Shown: piece after piece, positions 34,589 through 43,492 of the stretch
Layout: every line of letters starts with the position of its first letter
Numbering within the stretch: position 1 is the first letter of the stretch
Assembly: GCA_030057915.1 (NCBI GenBank)
Contig: JASGUC010000057.1
Span: 48,841-112,840 of the forward strand
Length of the DNA: 64,000 bases
From: Pseudomonadota bacterium
GTDB taxonomy: Bacteria > Desulfobacterota > Syntrophia > Syntrophales > UBA8958
Reading direction: 5' to 3'
Made by a program: the position numbers and the translations under genes
Notes under the pieces: generated by a model
What the model was told of the DNA's origin: nothing
Databases searched by the model: none
What the model saw: only the letters and a program-made list of their open reading frames with translations

Positions 34589-35092
34589 ATGAAGAACGAT
34601 CATGACACGCTGCCCGCCGAAGGGGTCGCCGGTGTCCATGCCCGGGACGATGCCCTGTTCATGGATCTGGCCCTGGCGGAGGCCGCCCAGGCGGCCGTCG
34701 CCGGTGAAGTCCCTGTGGGAGCGGTGGTTGTCCTGGACGGACGGGTCATCGCCCGGGCGGGAAACCGCCCCATCGGCCTGAAGGACCCCACCGCCCACGC
34801 TGAGATCCTCGCCATCCGGGAGGCGGCCAGGATAATGGGCAATTATCGCCTCCCCGGCGCTACCCTCTACACGACCCTGGAGCCCTGTCCGATGTGCGCC
34901 GGCGCCATGATTCATGCCCGGGTGCGCCGGCTCGTCTTCGGGGCCCGGGACCCCAAGGGCGGGGCCGTGGTATCCGCCGCCCGAATCTTCGACGAGTATC
35001 CCGGCAACCATGCGGTGGAATATCTCGGGGGCGTGCGGGAGGAGCGCTGCGCCGAAATTTTGAGTAGCTTTTTTATGCAAAAGAGGTTATGA
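34589..35092 (+). CDS. tadA: tRNA-specific adenosine deaminase
   Basis: CDA motifs HAEILAIREA and PCPMCAGA; 167 aa. The start may be the internal ATG at 34661. Confidence 0.92.
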   Translation: MKNDHDTLPAEGVAGVHARDDALFMDLALAEAAQAAVAGEVPVGAVVVLDGRVIARAGNRPIGLKDPTAHAEILAIREAARIMGNYRLPGATLYTTLEPCPMCAGAMIHARVRRLVFGARDPKGGAVVSAARIFDEYPGNHAVEYLGGVREERCAEILSSFFMQKRL

Positions 35093-35126
35093 TCCCGCCG
35101 CTTTCGCACCGGGTCATGGGGATCGC

Positions 35127-35220
35127 GGAGAGATACCGAAGTGGTCGTAACGGGATCGACTCGAAATCGATTTGGGGGCCAAAAGCTCCCACGGGGGTTC
35201 GAATCCCCCTCTCTCCGCCA
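35127..35220 (+). tRNA. tRNA-Ser (anticodon CGA)
   Basis: Manual cloverleaf. Acceptor GGAGAGA/TCTCTCC. Anticodon stem ATCGA/TCGAT with loop CTCGAAA. Long variable arm. T arm GGGGG-TTCGAAT-CCCCC. Encoded CCA. Confidence 0.9.
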
Positions 35221-35409
35221 AATATTCGCGGTCCGAGGCGAGGCTCGCCGTCGTGATGCGGTCATCCCCGTCCGTCGTTGTTCCGCCCGGGGCGCCGAGG
35301 GCGCTTGGGAACGGCGCCCGGGGCCGCGATGCCGTCCGGGGGAGGGGAGTGGGGCCGACAAGCAGGGGACGGACCGCGGGAGGCCGGCGCGCCGGCCTGT
35401 GGACATAGC

Positions 35410-35541
35410 GAGACCTTTGAAAACCGTCGTTCCCAAGTCCCTGTCGTCATCCCAGTGGACGCCGGAATGCTGTGTTTTCAAGTAATTCCCGACTGCGGAT
35501 TTAACCGGGGCGCAAGGAGAACGTAGATTTTCAAAGGTCTC
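35410..35541. mobile_element. 132-bp TIR-bounded mosaic element, subfamily A (best-preserved termini)
   Basis: GAGACCTTTGAAAA at 35410 and its exact reverse complement TTTTCAAAGGTCTC at 35528-35541. It ends 17 bp before tRNA-Ser(GGA). Confidence 0.75.
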
Positions 35542-35558
35542 ATATTATTTATATATCG

Positions 35559-35652
<94 letters not shown>

Positions 35653-35847
35653 GACCATCAGGCGGGACGGACGGCGCCGCCGTCTGCCCCGCCTCTTTAG
35701 TCTTCGGGATGTAAGGGGGAATGGACAATCGACATGACGACTCGGCGCCGTCTGTCCCGTCTCCTTCGTTATCCCGCTGAGCCGCCGTCGGCGGCGCATG
35801 TTTCCCTGCCGGGGGCCATCGAACAATCGCTTTGAAAACCGGCTTTC

Positions 35848-36039
35848 GAGACCTTTGAAAACCGTCGTTTCCAAGTTCTCATCGCCCGGCGGGCCCTGGC
35901 GGATGAGGCCGAAGCCCGGGAGAATCGCCGCGCCTGAGCGAAGGAACCCCGAACCCTCAAGCTTTTCTCATCTCTTTCAAGGTTTCCCGAGCCCGGATTA
36001 TGCCGGGACGGCAGGAAATGGTAGATTTTCAAAACCCTC
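35848..36039. repeat. 192-bp long variant of subfamily A element
   Basis: The left end is identical to 35410 (GAGACCTTTGAAAACCGTCGTT). The right arm CCCGGATTATGCCGGGACGGCAGGAAATGGTAGATTTTCAAAA matches 25690-25730. The centre is diverged and expanded. Confidence 0.55.
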
Positions 36040-36216
36040 CCTTCGTCATGCCCGGGAAAGCGGGCAACCGCCTTTTGTCATGCCCGAGAAGGCGGCAATC
36101 CCGGACATCCTTTCGTCATTCCCGCAATCGCCTGGCGGGAATCCCGTGTTTGCAAGCATCTTCCGGATGCCGTCTTCAGCCCGGCATGACGAGACAGGTC
36201 GTTTTACAAAGGTCTT
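36040..36216. repeat. Array of three GTCAT[GT]CCCG..CGGG hairpin units plus a B-type right arm ending in TTTTACAAAGGTCTT
   Basis: Units at 36043-36068, 36075-36101 and 36113-36144, then TTCCGGATGCCGTCTTCAGCCCGGCATGACG and a TIR-like end. Confidence 0.55.
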
Positions 36217-36231
36217 GCCGGGACGACGGGA

Positions 36232-36612
36232 TCAGGCGTAGCCCAGGGCGGCCAGTTCCTCATCCGTCATGCCGAGGAAGTGGGCGATCTCGTGGACGAC
36301 GGTGATCTCGATTTCCTCTTCCAACTCCGCGATGCTGTGGCAGGCCTCTTCCAGGGGCGCCTGGAAGATGAAGATGGTATCGGGGTACAAAGGCGGGCCG
36401 AATTCAGAGCGCTCGGCCAGGGATACCCCGGTATAGATCCCGAAGGGAGGGTCGTCCGGGTCCAGTCCCCAGTCCGCGTTCATCTGCCGGGTGGGGCGGC
36501 GCTGCACGGCAATCAGGACATTGTCCAGGCGGTCCATTATCTCCGCGGGGATTCTGCCGATCGCCCGCTCCACCACCCGGTCAAATTCCCTGCTGCCGAG
36601 CCTCACCGCCAT
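36232..36612 (-). CDS. Small zinc metallopeptidase-family protein (HExxH)
   Basis: VVHEIAHFLG zincin motif near the C-terminus. About 126 aa from ATG 36612; the track ORF extends to 36660. Confidence 0.7.
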   Translation of the reverse strand: MAVRLGSREFDRVVERAIGRIPAEIMDRLDNVLIAVQRRPTRQMNADWGLDPDDPPFGIYTGVSLAERSEFGPPLYPDTIFIFQAPLEEACHSIAELEEEIEITVVHEIAHFLGMTDEELAALGYA

Positions 36613-36660
36613 GCCTGCCCTCCTCCCCCACCTTATACACCGCGGCCACCCGGACCGCAA

Positions 36661-36755
36661 GAGAGCTTTGAGAAACGCCGCATCCTACTCCCCATCGCCC
36701 CATAGGCGTCCCAGCCGAAGCGGAAATACGGCGTTTCCCGGCGTTCAAAGCGCCC
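36661..36755. repeat. Short (95-bp) degenerate member of the TIR repeat family
   Basis: GAGAGCTTTGAGAAAC ... GCGTTCAAAGCGCCC termini, in the divergent promoter region. Confidence 0.4.
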
Positions 36756-36916
36756 TTGACTTCTTTGGCAATCTCCTTTAATAGCAAGGGCCGCGATGGT
36801 GATATTTCGACAACATGCCGAATATTTATGGTATTTTGATGCGCCTGCGGGCGCGGCCGCTAAGTGGCGGCGGCCATGTGCGCGCTGGCGGGGACAAAGG
36901 CGAGGATGATACAGCG

Positions 36917-38389
36917 ATGACAGGAACGAGAAGAACGGCGGCCATGGCGACCTTTTGGGCGGTGGCGATCCTTCTTGCCGCGGTGGCCCTCCCCGGGGAG
37001 GCATGCCTTGCCGCCAGTGAGGCGGGCGGCCACGACATCGGCCGGGAGCTTCCGGTCTGGACAGCGACCCCCTTTGCGGGCATCCTGCTCTCCATCGCCC
37101 TCTTTCCCCTTCTGGCGCCTCGTTTCTGGCATCGTCACTACGGCAAGGTATCCGCCTTCTGGGCCCTGGCCTTCGCCCTGCCGTTTCTGTTTTTCTTCCG
37201 GGAAACGGCGCTCCACGAGATCCTCCACATCGTCCTCATCGATTACATCCCCTTCATCATCCTCCTGTGGGGCCTGTTTACCATCGCCGGCGGCATCGCC
37301 GTGAGCGGGGCCCTGCGGGGGACCCCCCTGACGAACTCCCTGCTGCTCCTCGTCGGCACGGTCCTGGCCTCCTGGGTGGGGACCACCGGCGCCGCCATGG
37401 TCATGATCCGCCCCATCCTCCGGGCCAACAAAGACCGGGTGAAAAAGGCCCACATCATCTGTTTCTTCATCTTTCTGGTGGCCAATATCGGCGGCTCCCT
37501 GACGCCCCTGGGGGACCCGCCTCTCTTTCTCGGCTTCCTGCACAACGTCCCCTTTTTCTGGGTGACCACGAGCATCCTGCCCCATATGCTCCTGTCCGCC
37601 CTCATCCTCCTCGCGGTCTTTTATGTCTTCGATCTTTACCACTACCGCCGGGAATCGCCGGCGCCGCCGGAAACGGAGGACCGGACGCCGATTGGCATCG
37701 AGGGCCTCTACAATCTGCCCCTGCTCGCCGGGGTGATCGGCGTCATCCTGCTGAGCGGCTACTGGAGGCCGGGGCATCTGTCCGTTTTCGGCATCGAGGT
37801 CCATTTTCAGAATCTCCTCCGGGATGGGAGCATCGTGGCCCTGGGCCTGATTTCCCTGTTCATCACCCCCCGGCGGCTCCGGGATGCCAACGACTTCAGT
37901 TGGGGGCCCATCCTCGAGGTGGCGAAGCTCTTCGCCGGGATCTTCATCACCATCATTCCCGCCCTGGCCATCCTCAAGGCAGGTTCCCAGGGGGGGCTGG
38001 CCTGGCTGGTGGACGCGGTCAAGACCCCGGCCCATTACTTCTGGGCGGCAGGGGGGCTCTCGTCGTTTCTGGACAACGCCCCGACCTATCTGACCTTCTT
38101 CAACATGGCCCTGGGGCGCCTAGATCTGACGGAGGCCGCGATCCCCGCGGCCCTGGCCGCCGGGACGACGACTGCCAACCCCCAGTTCATCGCCTATCTC
38201 CAGGCGATATCTGCGGGAGCGGTGTTCATGGGGGCCAATACCTATATCGGCAACGCCCCGAACTTCATGGTCAAGTCCATCGCCGAGGAGGCGGGGGTCG
38301 ACATGCCGAGCTTCTTCGGCTATATGTTCAAGTATTCCATCCCGATTCTGATTCCGATTTTCATCGCCGTCACTTTCGTATTCTTTTGA
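36917..38389 (+). CDS. NhaD/ArsB-superfamily ion transporter (putative Na+/H+ antiporter)
   Basis: More than 10 predicted TM helices. Conserved GGSLTPLGDPPLFLGF and FLDNAPTYLTF motifs typical of the NhaD/citrate-transporter-like family. The start is uncertain (ATG 36917 or 36944). Confidence 0.75.
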   Translation: MTGTRRTAAMATFWAVAILLAAVALPGEACLAASEAGGHDIGRELPVWTATPFAGILLSIALFPLLAPRFWHRHYGKVSAFWALAFALPFLFFFRETALHEILHIVLIDYIPFIILLWGLFTIAGGIAVSGALRGTPLTNSLLLLVGTVLASWVGTTGAAMVMIRPILRANKDRVKKAHIICFFIFLVANIGGSLTPLGDPPLFLGFLHNVPFFWVTTSILPHMLLSALILLAVFYVFDLYHYRRESPAPPETEDRTPIGIEGLYNLPLLAGVIGVILLSGYWRPGHLSVFGIEVHFQNLLRDGSIVALGLISLFITPRRLRDANDFSWGPILEVAKLFAGIFITIIPALAILKAGSQGGLAWLVDAVKTPAHYFWAAGGLSSFLDNAPTYLTFFNMALGRLDLTEAAIPAALAAGTTTANPQFIAYLQAISAGAVFMGANTYIGNAPNFMVKSIAEEAGVDMPSFFGYMFKYSIPILIPIFIAVTFVFF

Positions 38390-38404
38390 GCAGGAGGCGG
38401 GTCC

Positions 38405-38989
38405 ATGGGCAACAATTACTATGAAGTGGTTCTCGAGGGTCGCCGGGACTACATCGACGGATTTGTCCACGGCTTGATCGCCGGCCGGGGAGGGGAGGGG
38501 GACGTCTTTTTCGGTAAGGATCTGAGGATCGACGAAGAACGCCCGCTGGAAATCCTGGGACGCTTGGCGGGCCTTCGGGGAGAGCATACGACGCTCGTGG
38601 TGGAGAAGGTCGTCCTGGACATGCTGGAAGAGGCGCTCGGCATGGGCCGCCGGGAAGGGCCGATGCGGCTGGTCTCCGCACGGAGGATCCGGGAGGCGTC
38701 GTTTACTTATGCCTTCGTCACCTTTTCCCGGGAAACCGGGGCCGCCCTCGATGCGATCCTGTCCGCGCTCCCTCCCGGGGTTTTCGCCGCGCCGCCCTAC
38801 GCCCCGGCATACAGAGAAACGCCGGAAGGTCAGGGGGTAGAGGCCTACGCCCCCCTGCACGACTACGAAATGAAGGCGGCGGGACGCATCCGGGGGGAAT
38901 GCGGAGGGGTCTGCCGCTGCCACGAACTCCTGAGTCGCCACGAGGTGGTGGAACTCGGGCCGATGGAGCTTGGCCGCACGGAGGCGTAG
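38405..38989 (+). CDS. Hypothetical protein, 194 aa, no family recognised
   Basis: AGGAGG lies 8 nt upstream, and the gene starts 15 nt after the transporter gene. Codon usage is like its neighbours. C-terminal CGGVCRCH motif. Confidence 0.6.
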   Translation: MGNNYYEVVLEGRRDYIDGFVHGLIAGRGGEGDVFFGKDLRIDEERPLEILGRLAGLRGEHTTLVVEKVVLDMLEEALGMGRREGPMRLVSARRIREASFTYAFVTFSRETGAALDAILSALPPGVFAAPPYAPAYRETPEGQGVEAYAPLHDYEMKAAGRIRGECGGVCRCHELLSRHEVVELGPMELGRTEA

Positions 38990-39056
38990 CGAAACGGTTG
39001 CCCGCCGCCATGGCACCGTCGGGGGCTTGTCGGGACCAAGTGCTTGGGGGGCTTTC

Positions 39057-40400
39057 ATGAATGGAGACGCCGATCCTTGCCGCGAGGGCTTTCTCTCGTC
39101 GTTGCGGGACGAATTCCTGGTCAGCCGGGACGATGCCCGAGGGATGATCGCCGATTTTCATGAGGAGATGCGCCGGGGCCTCGCCGGGCGACCCAGCTCG
39201 CTGTCCATGCTTCCCACCTTTGCGGGCCGGCCCCGGGGAACGGAGCGGGGGCGCTCGCTCTTCCTCGACCTGGGCGGCACGAACGTCCGGGTCGGGCAGG
39301 CGGCCCTGGACGGCCAGGGGCGGGTCGAACTGGCGGCAGTAGAAAGAACCGTCCTTCCCCGGACAATCATGAGCGCCTCGGCCACGGAATTGTTCGATTT
39401 TCTCGCCGGTTGCGTGGATCGTTTCCTCCTGGAGCGGGGTCTTGACGACCGGCGGCCCCACGATCTCGCCTTTGCCTTTTCCTTTCCCCTGGAGCAGTCG
39501 TCCCTCCTTTCCGGACGGCTGGTAAACTGGACCAAGGGCTTTACGGTCCCCGGCGTGACGGGTGAAGATGTGGTGGCGCTGCTCCGGGCGGCCCTGGCGC
39601 GTCGGGGTCGGGAGGGGATTCGGATCGCCGCCCTGGCGAACGATGCGGTGGGAACGCTGGCCGCGGGAAGCTACGCCGATCCAGCCTGCGATCTTGGCGT
39701 GATCCTCGGCACGGGAACCAACGCCTGCTATTACGAGAGGACGGAACGGATCGAGAGATGCCGGGGCGACGTTGCCGTCGGGGAGATGATCGTCAATGTG
39801 GAATGGGGCAACTTCGACCGGCTCCGGGCCAATCCCTGGGATGAACTCCTGGATCGGTCCACCCATAACGCCGGCCGGCAGCGATTGGAAAAGATGATCT
39901 CCGGCATGTATCTGGGGGAGCTGGCCCGGCTGGTCATCGTGAAGGCCGCGGCGGCGGGCTTGCTCCTCCGGGGGGCGAACCATGCCGCCGTTGCGACCCC
40001 CCATGCCTTGACGGCGGAGCGTCTGGCGGTGGCGGTTCGGTCCGCCGACCCCGCCGGCGCGGTGGGTATTGAAGGTGCGGCCCCGGCGGACGGAGCGGTG
40101 GTGGCATGGATATGCCGCCTGGTCGCCGTCCGGGCGGCCCGCCTGGCCGGAGCGGCGATCGCCGCCGTGATTTCCTGGCGGGATGCGAATCTCGAAAGGG
40201 GGCATGTCGTGGCGATCGACGGGTCCCTGTTCGAGAGATTTCCCGGCTTCCGGGAAAACATGCGGGAGATGTTGCGGGAATTGTTCGGCCCCCGGGCGGC
40301 GGGGATCGAATTTCGGCGCGTCAGGGACGGTTCGGGCATGGGGGCCGCCGTCGTCGCCGTCGTGGGCCCCCGGACCGGAGGGGGTGCCGGGGCATGCTGA
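39057..40400 (+). CDS. Hexokinase-family sugar kinase (eukaryotic-type hexokinase fold)
   Basis: LFLDLGGTNVRV, FAFSFPLEQ...LVNWTKGFTVPGVTGEDVV, ALANDAVGTL, ILGTGTNACYYE and VNVEWGNF match the hexokinase signature blocks. Internal ATG of track ORF 38970-40400. Confidence 0.85.
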   Translation: MNGDADPCREGFLSSLRDEFLVSRDDARGMIADFHEEMRRGLAGRPSSLSMLPTFAGRPRGTERGRSLFLDLGGTNVRVGQAALDGQGRVELAAVERTVLPRTIMSASATELFDFLAGCVDRFLLERGLDDRRPHDLAFAFSFPLEQSSLLSGRLVNWTKGFTVPGVTGEDVVALLRAALARRGREGIRIAALANDAVGTLAAGSYADPACDLGVILGTGTNACYYERTERIERCRGDVAVGEMIVNVEWGNFDRLRANPWDELLDRSTHNAGRQRLEKMISGMYLGELARLVIVKAAAAGLLLRGANHAAVATPHALTAERLAVAVRSADPAGAVGIEGAAPADGAVVAWICRLVAVRAARLAGAAIAAVISWRDANLERGHVVAIDGSLFERFPGFRENMREMLRELFGPRAAGIEFRRVRDGSGMGAAVVAVVGPRTGGGAGAC

Positions 40401-41602
40401 CCAGAAGGGACCTGTTGGCGAACCTTGTCCGGGTGGCGGCGACGGCCGGAATGGCGGCCGTGGCGCCTCCCACCCTCAACCGCGCCCTGGCGGCCTCCCC
40501 CGACGAGGAGTTCATCCGGAAGGCCCCCCGGGCCCGATTCTGGGCCTCCGTGGAATCGGCGGGCGGCGACTGCCGGATATGCCATCCCGGCCTGACGAGG
40601 GGCGGGGGACGGGGGCATCGTCACGAGGCCAACCTGGTCCAGTGTCTCCTGTGTGCCCAAAACTGCGCCATCCGGGAAGGCCAGCGGGGACGGTGCCGCG
40701 TCCGCATCAATATCCGCGGGGAGCTTCGGAGTCTGGTTTACGGCCGCCCCGTTGCCGTCCATGTCGATCCCATCGAGAAGAAGCCCTTCTACCACTTCCT
40801 CCCCGGGGCCGCCGCCTATTCCTTGGCCACCGCCGGCTGCCCCTTGAGCTGCAAGTTCTGCCAGAACTGGGAACTGTCCCAGGCCTGGCCGGAGGACCTT
40901 CGGGCCGTTTACACCCCGCCCGCCCTCGTCGTCCGATCCGCCCACGCCCGTCAGGCCCCGGTAATCGCCTTCACCTACAACGAACCGACGGTCTTTGCGG
41001 AGTATCTCATCGACATCTCCCGGGAGGCGAAAAAGCGCGGACTTCGCCCGGTGCTCGTCAGTTGCGGCTTCATGAACCGGGAACCCCTGGCGGAGATGTG
41101 CCGACTCCTGGATGCGGTGAAGATAGATCTCAAGGGATTCAGCGCCTCCTTTTACCGGAGCGTCTGCGGGGCGGAACTCACCCCCGTCCTTACGACCATC
41201 AAGGAGGTCGCCCGGCGGAAGGTACACCTGGAGATCGTCAATCTCGTGGTCCCGACGCTGAACGATTCGGAGCGGATGCTCCGGGAACTCATCGCCTGGA
41301 TCGCCGGCGAGGTCGGTTTCGACGTGCCGCTGCACTTCTCCCGCTTTCATCCCGATTACCAACTCCTGAATCTCCCCCCCACCCCCGTGGCCACCCTGGA
41401 GCGGGCCCGGGAAATGGCCATGGATGCGGGGCTCCGCTATGTCTTCGTGGGCAATGTCCCCGACCACCCGGGCAATCACACCTATTGCCCGAATTGTAAA
41501 AAGGTGGTAATTGGACGGACAGGTTTTTTCCTCACGGAGATGCGCCTCAAAGACGGGCGTTGCGCCTTCTGCGGGCAAAGGATAGCCGGCGTTTGGATAT
41601 AG
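40394..41602 (+). CDS. amrS: AmmeMemoRadiSam system radical SAM enzyme with N-terminal twin-arginine signal
   Basis: CPLSCKFCQNW (CX3CX2C) and upstream CLLCAQNCAIREGQRGRC. N-terminus MLTRRDLLANLVRVAATAGMAAVAPPTLNRALA. ATG 40394 overlaps the hexokinase stop (ATGCTGA). Confidence 0.85.
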   Translation: MLTRRDLLANLVRVAATAGMAAVAPPTLNRALAASPDEEFIRKAPRARFWASVESAGGDCRICHPGLTRGGGRGHRHEANLVQCLLCAQNCAIREGQRGRCRVRINIRGELRSLVYGRPVAVHVDPIEKKPFYHFLPGAAAYSLATAGCPLSCKFCQNWELSQAWPEDLRAVYTPPALVVRSAHARQAPVIAFTYNEPTVFAEYLIDISREAKKRGLRPVLVSCGFMNREPLAEMCRLLDAVKIDLKGFSASFYRSVCGAELTPVLTTIKEVARRKVHLEIVNLVVPTLNDSERMLRELIAWIAGEVGFDVPLHFSRFHPDYQLLNLPPTPVATLERAREMAMDAGLRYVFVGNVPDHPGNHTYCPNCKKVVIGRTGFFLTEMRLKDGRCAFCGQRIAGVWI

Positions 41603-41614
41603 AGGCGACGGGCC

Positions 41615-43147
41615 ATGAAAAAGAGACACCTCTACCTTGCTGCGGCGATTGCGCTCGTCCTGGTTTTTGCCGCGGTCATTCAGGCCAGAAAGGAGCCGGA
41701 GATGGATGCCGTTCGTCCCGCCGCCGTGGCGGGGAAATTCTATTCGAATTCGCCGACAACGCTTCGGGCCGCCATTGCCGGCTTTCTCGAGGACGCGACG
41801 CCGGTGACGGTTTCCCGGCCTCTGGCCCTCGTCCTGCCCCATGCGGGCTACATCTATTCGGGGCAGATCGCCGCCGACGGCTACAACCAGGCCCGGGGCC
41901 ATCGTTATGACACGGTGGTGATTCTGGGGACCAACCATACGACCCCCGGTTTCCACCGCATCGGCCTTTACCCTGGCGACGGTTTTGCCACCCCCCTGGG
42001 GGTGGCCCGGGTGGACAAAAGGGTTGTGGAAGAACTCCTGGCGGCATCTCCGGACTGCGTCCGGAATGCCTCGGTCCATGAGCGGGAGCACTCCGTGGAA
42101 GTGCAGGTCCCCTTCATCCAGACCCTCTTCCCGGATGCGAAGATCGTCCCGGCGATCGTCGGCAGTCCGGAGGCCGATCTGTGCCGGCGTTTCGGTCGGG
42201 CCCTGGGGGATGTCCTGAAAGACAGGAAGGCCCTTGTCGTGGCCAGTTCCGACCTGTCTCATTATCCCGCCCACGCGGAGGCCCGGAGCGTGGACATCCC
42301 CATACTGGAGGCGATCCCCACCCTGGATACGGAGCGGGTGCGGCAGGCCGTCCGGGAGGCGATGGGCAGGGGGATACGCAATCTCCACACCGCCGCCTGC
42401 GGCGAAGGCCCCATCCTTGTCGCCATGAGCGCCGCGCAAGCCATGGGTGCCAAAGGCGGAAAGGCGATCAGCTATGCCAATTCCGGCGACGTCGCCATTG
42501 GCGACCTTTCCCGGGTGGTGGGCTACGGCGCCGCGGCCCTGACCGCCGATGTCCCGGCGACGGCGGGACTGCCGCCACCGCCCGCGGGGCCCGCGGGGGA
42601 GTTGTCGTCGGCGGATAAAAGAGCCCTGCTTGGCCTGGCCAGAAAGTCCATCGCCCGTTATCTCGCCACGGAGACCGTGCCGCTGGCCAGGGGATTCTCC
42701 CCGGCTGCCCAGGAATATCGCGGCGTATTCGTCACCCTGAAGAAACGCGGGCAGCTCCGGGGCTGCATCGGGCGTCTCGTCCCCGAGGCGCCGCTCTGCC
42801 GCCTCGTCGGGGCGATGGCCATCGAGTCCGCCTTCAACGACCATCGCTTCCGTCCGGTCACCGCCGCCGAGCTGAAGGAAATCGAAATCGAATTGTCGGT
42901 CCTGACGCCGATGAAAAGGGTCCCCCGGGCGGAGGACATCGTGGTGGGTCGGGACGGCGTTCTCCTTCAGAAGGGGCGGGCCGGGGCCGTCTTTCTCCCC
43001 CAGGTGGCCACGGAGCAGGGCTGGGGCCGGGAGGAGATGCTCGACCAGCTTTGCCTCAAGGCGGGGCTCCCCGTGGGGAGCTGGCGCGCCGGCGCTGAGT
43101 TTCAGACCTTCCAGGCCATGGTCTTTCACGAGTCCGACTTCCGGTGA
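41615..43147 (+). CDS. Fused AmmeMemoRadiSam system protein B (Memo-like) and protein A (AMMECR1) with a Sec-type signal peptide
   Basis: MKKRHLYLAAAIALVLVFAAVIQA signal. Memo motifs AGKFY, LPHAGYIYSG, VILGTNH and SSDLSHY. C-terminal AMMECR1 motif GQLRGCIG. Single 510-aa ORF. Confidence 0.85.
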   Translation: MKKRHLYLAAAIALVLVFAAVIQARKEPEMDAVRPAAVAGKFYSNSPTTLRAAIAGFLEDATPVTVSRPLALVLPHAGYIYSGQIAADGYNQARGHRYDTVVILGTNHTTPGFHRIGLYPGDGFATPLGVARVDKRVVEELLAASPDCVRNASVHEREHSVEVQVPFIQTLFPDAKIVPAIVGSPEADLCRRFGRALGDVLKDRKALVVASSDLSHYPAHAEARSVDIPILEAIPTLDTERVRQAVREAMGRGIRNLHTAACGEGPILVAMSAAQAMGAKGGKAISYANSGDVAIGDLSRVVGYGAAALTADVPATAGLPPPPAGPAGELSSADKRALLGLARKSIARYLATETVPLARGFSPAAQEYRGVFVTLKKRGQLRGCIGRLVPEAPLCRLVGAMAIESAFNDHRFRPVTAAELKEIEIELSVLTPMKRVPRAEDIVVGRDGVLLQKGRAGAVFLPQVATEQGWGREEMLDQLCLKAGLPVGSWRAGAEFQTFQAMVFHESDFR

Positions 43148-43261
43148 AAAGCGGATCAGGGAAGGCTTGCCAGTAGGGGTGCGTGAATCCTTGACGACCA
43201 TAAGCCCGGGCCGCATGTCGCTTTCGCCAGGGGCGAAGCGAGCCGCCGGCATCGCCGGATA

Positions 43262-43391
43262 GAGGTCTCCGAGAATCCACGCCATCCTGTCGCCCCGGCA
43301 AAGACCGCGCCAGAACACCTTGAAAACTCTGTATTCCCGATTTCGCCGGCATGACGGCGGGGGGTCTGAAGCGGCGCTTTTCAAAGGCCCC
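43262..43391. mobile_element. 130-bp TIR-bounded mosaic element, subfamily C
   Basis: GAGGTCTCCGAGAATCCACGCCATCCTGTCGCCCCGGCAAAG... aligns with 47568-47699. The right end is TTTTCAAAGGCCCC. Confidence 0.6.
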
Positions 43392-43492
43392 GGGGCATCC
43401 ACTCCGATTCATCGCCCTTGCGGTCAACCGTAAATGAGCGGTCGCCCGCCGCCTGGCTGCTCATGGGGTAGGAAGGGAGATATGCATCGATA

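Noticed and set aside
39731-43402. 1223-aa ORF on the minus strand, the longest ORF in the window.
   Set aside because: It runs antisense to three well-supported + strand genes (hexokinase, amrS, Memo-AMMECR1). It has an Arg/Gly/Pro-rich low-complexity composition typical of antisense frames in GC-rich DNA. No motif is recognised.
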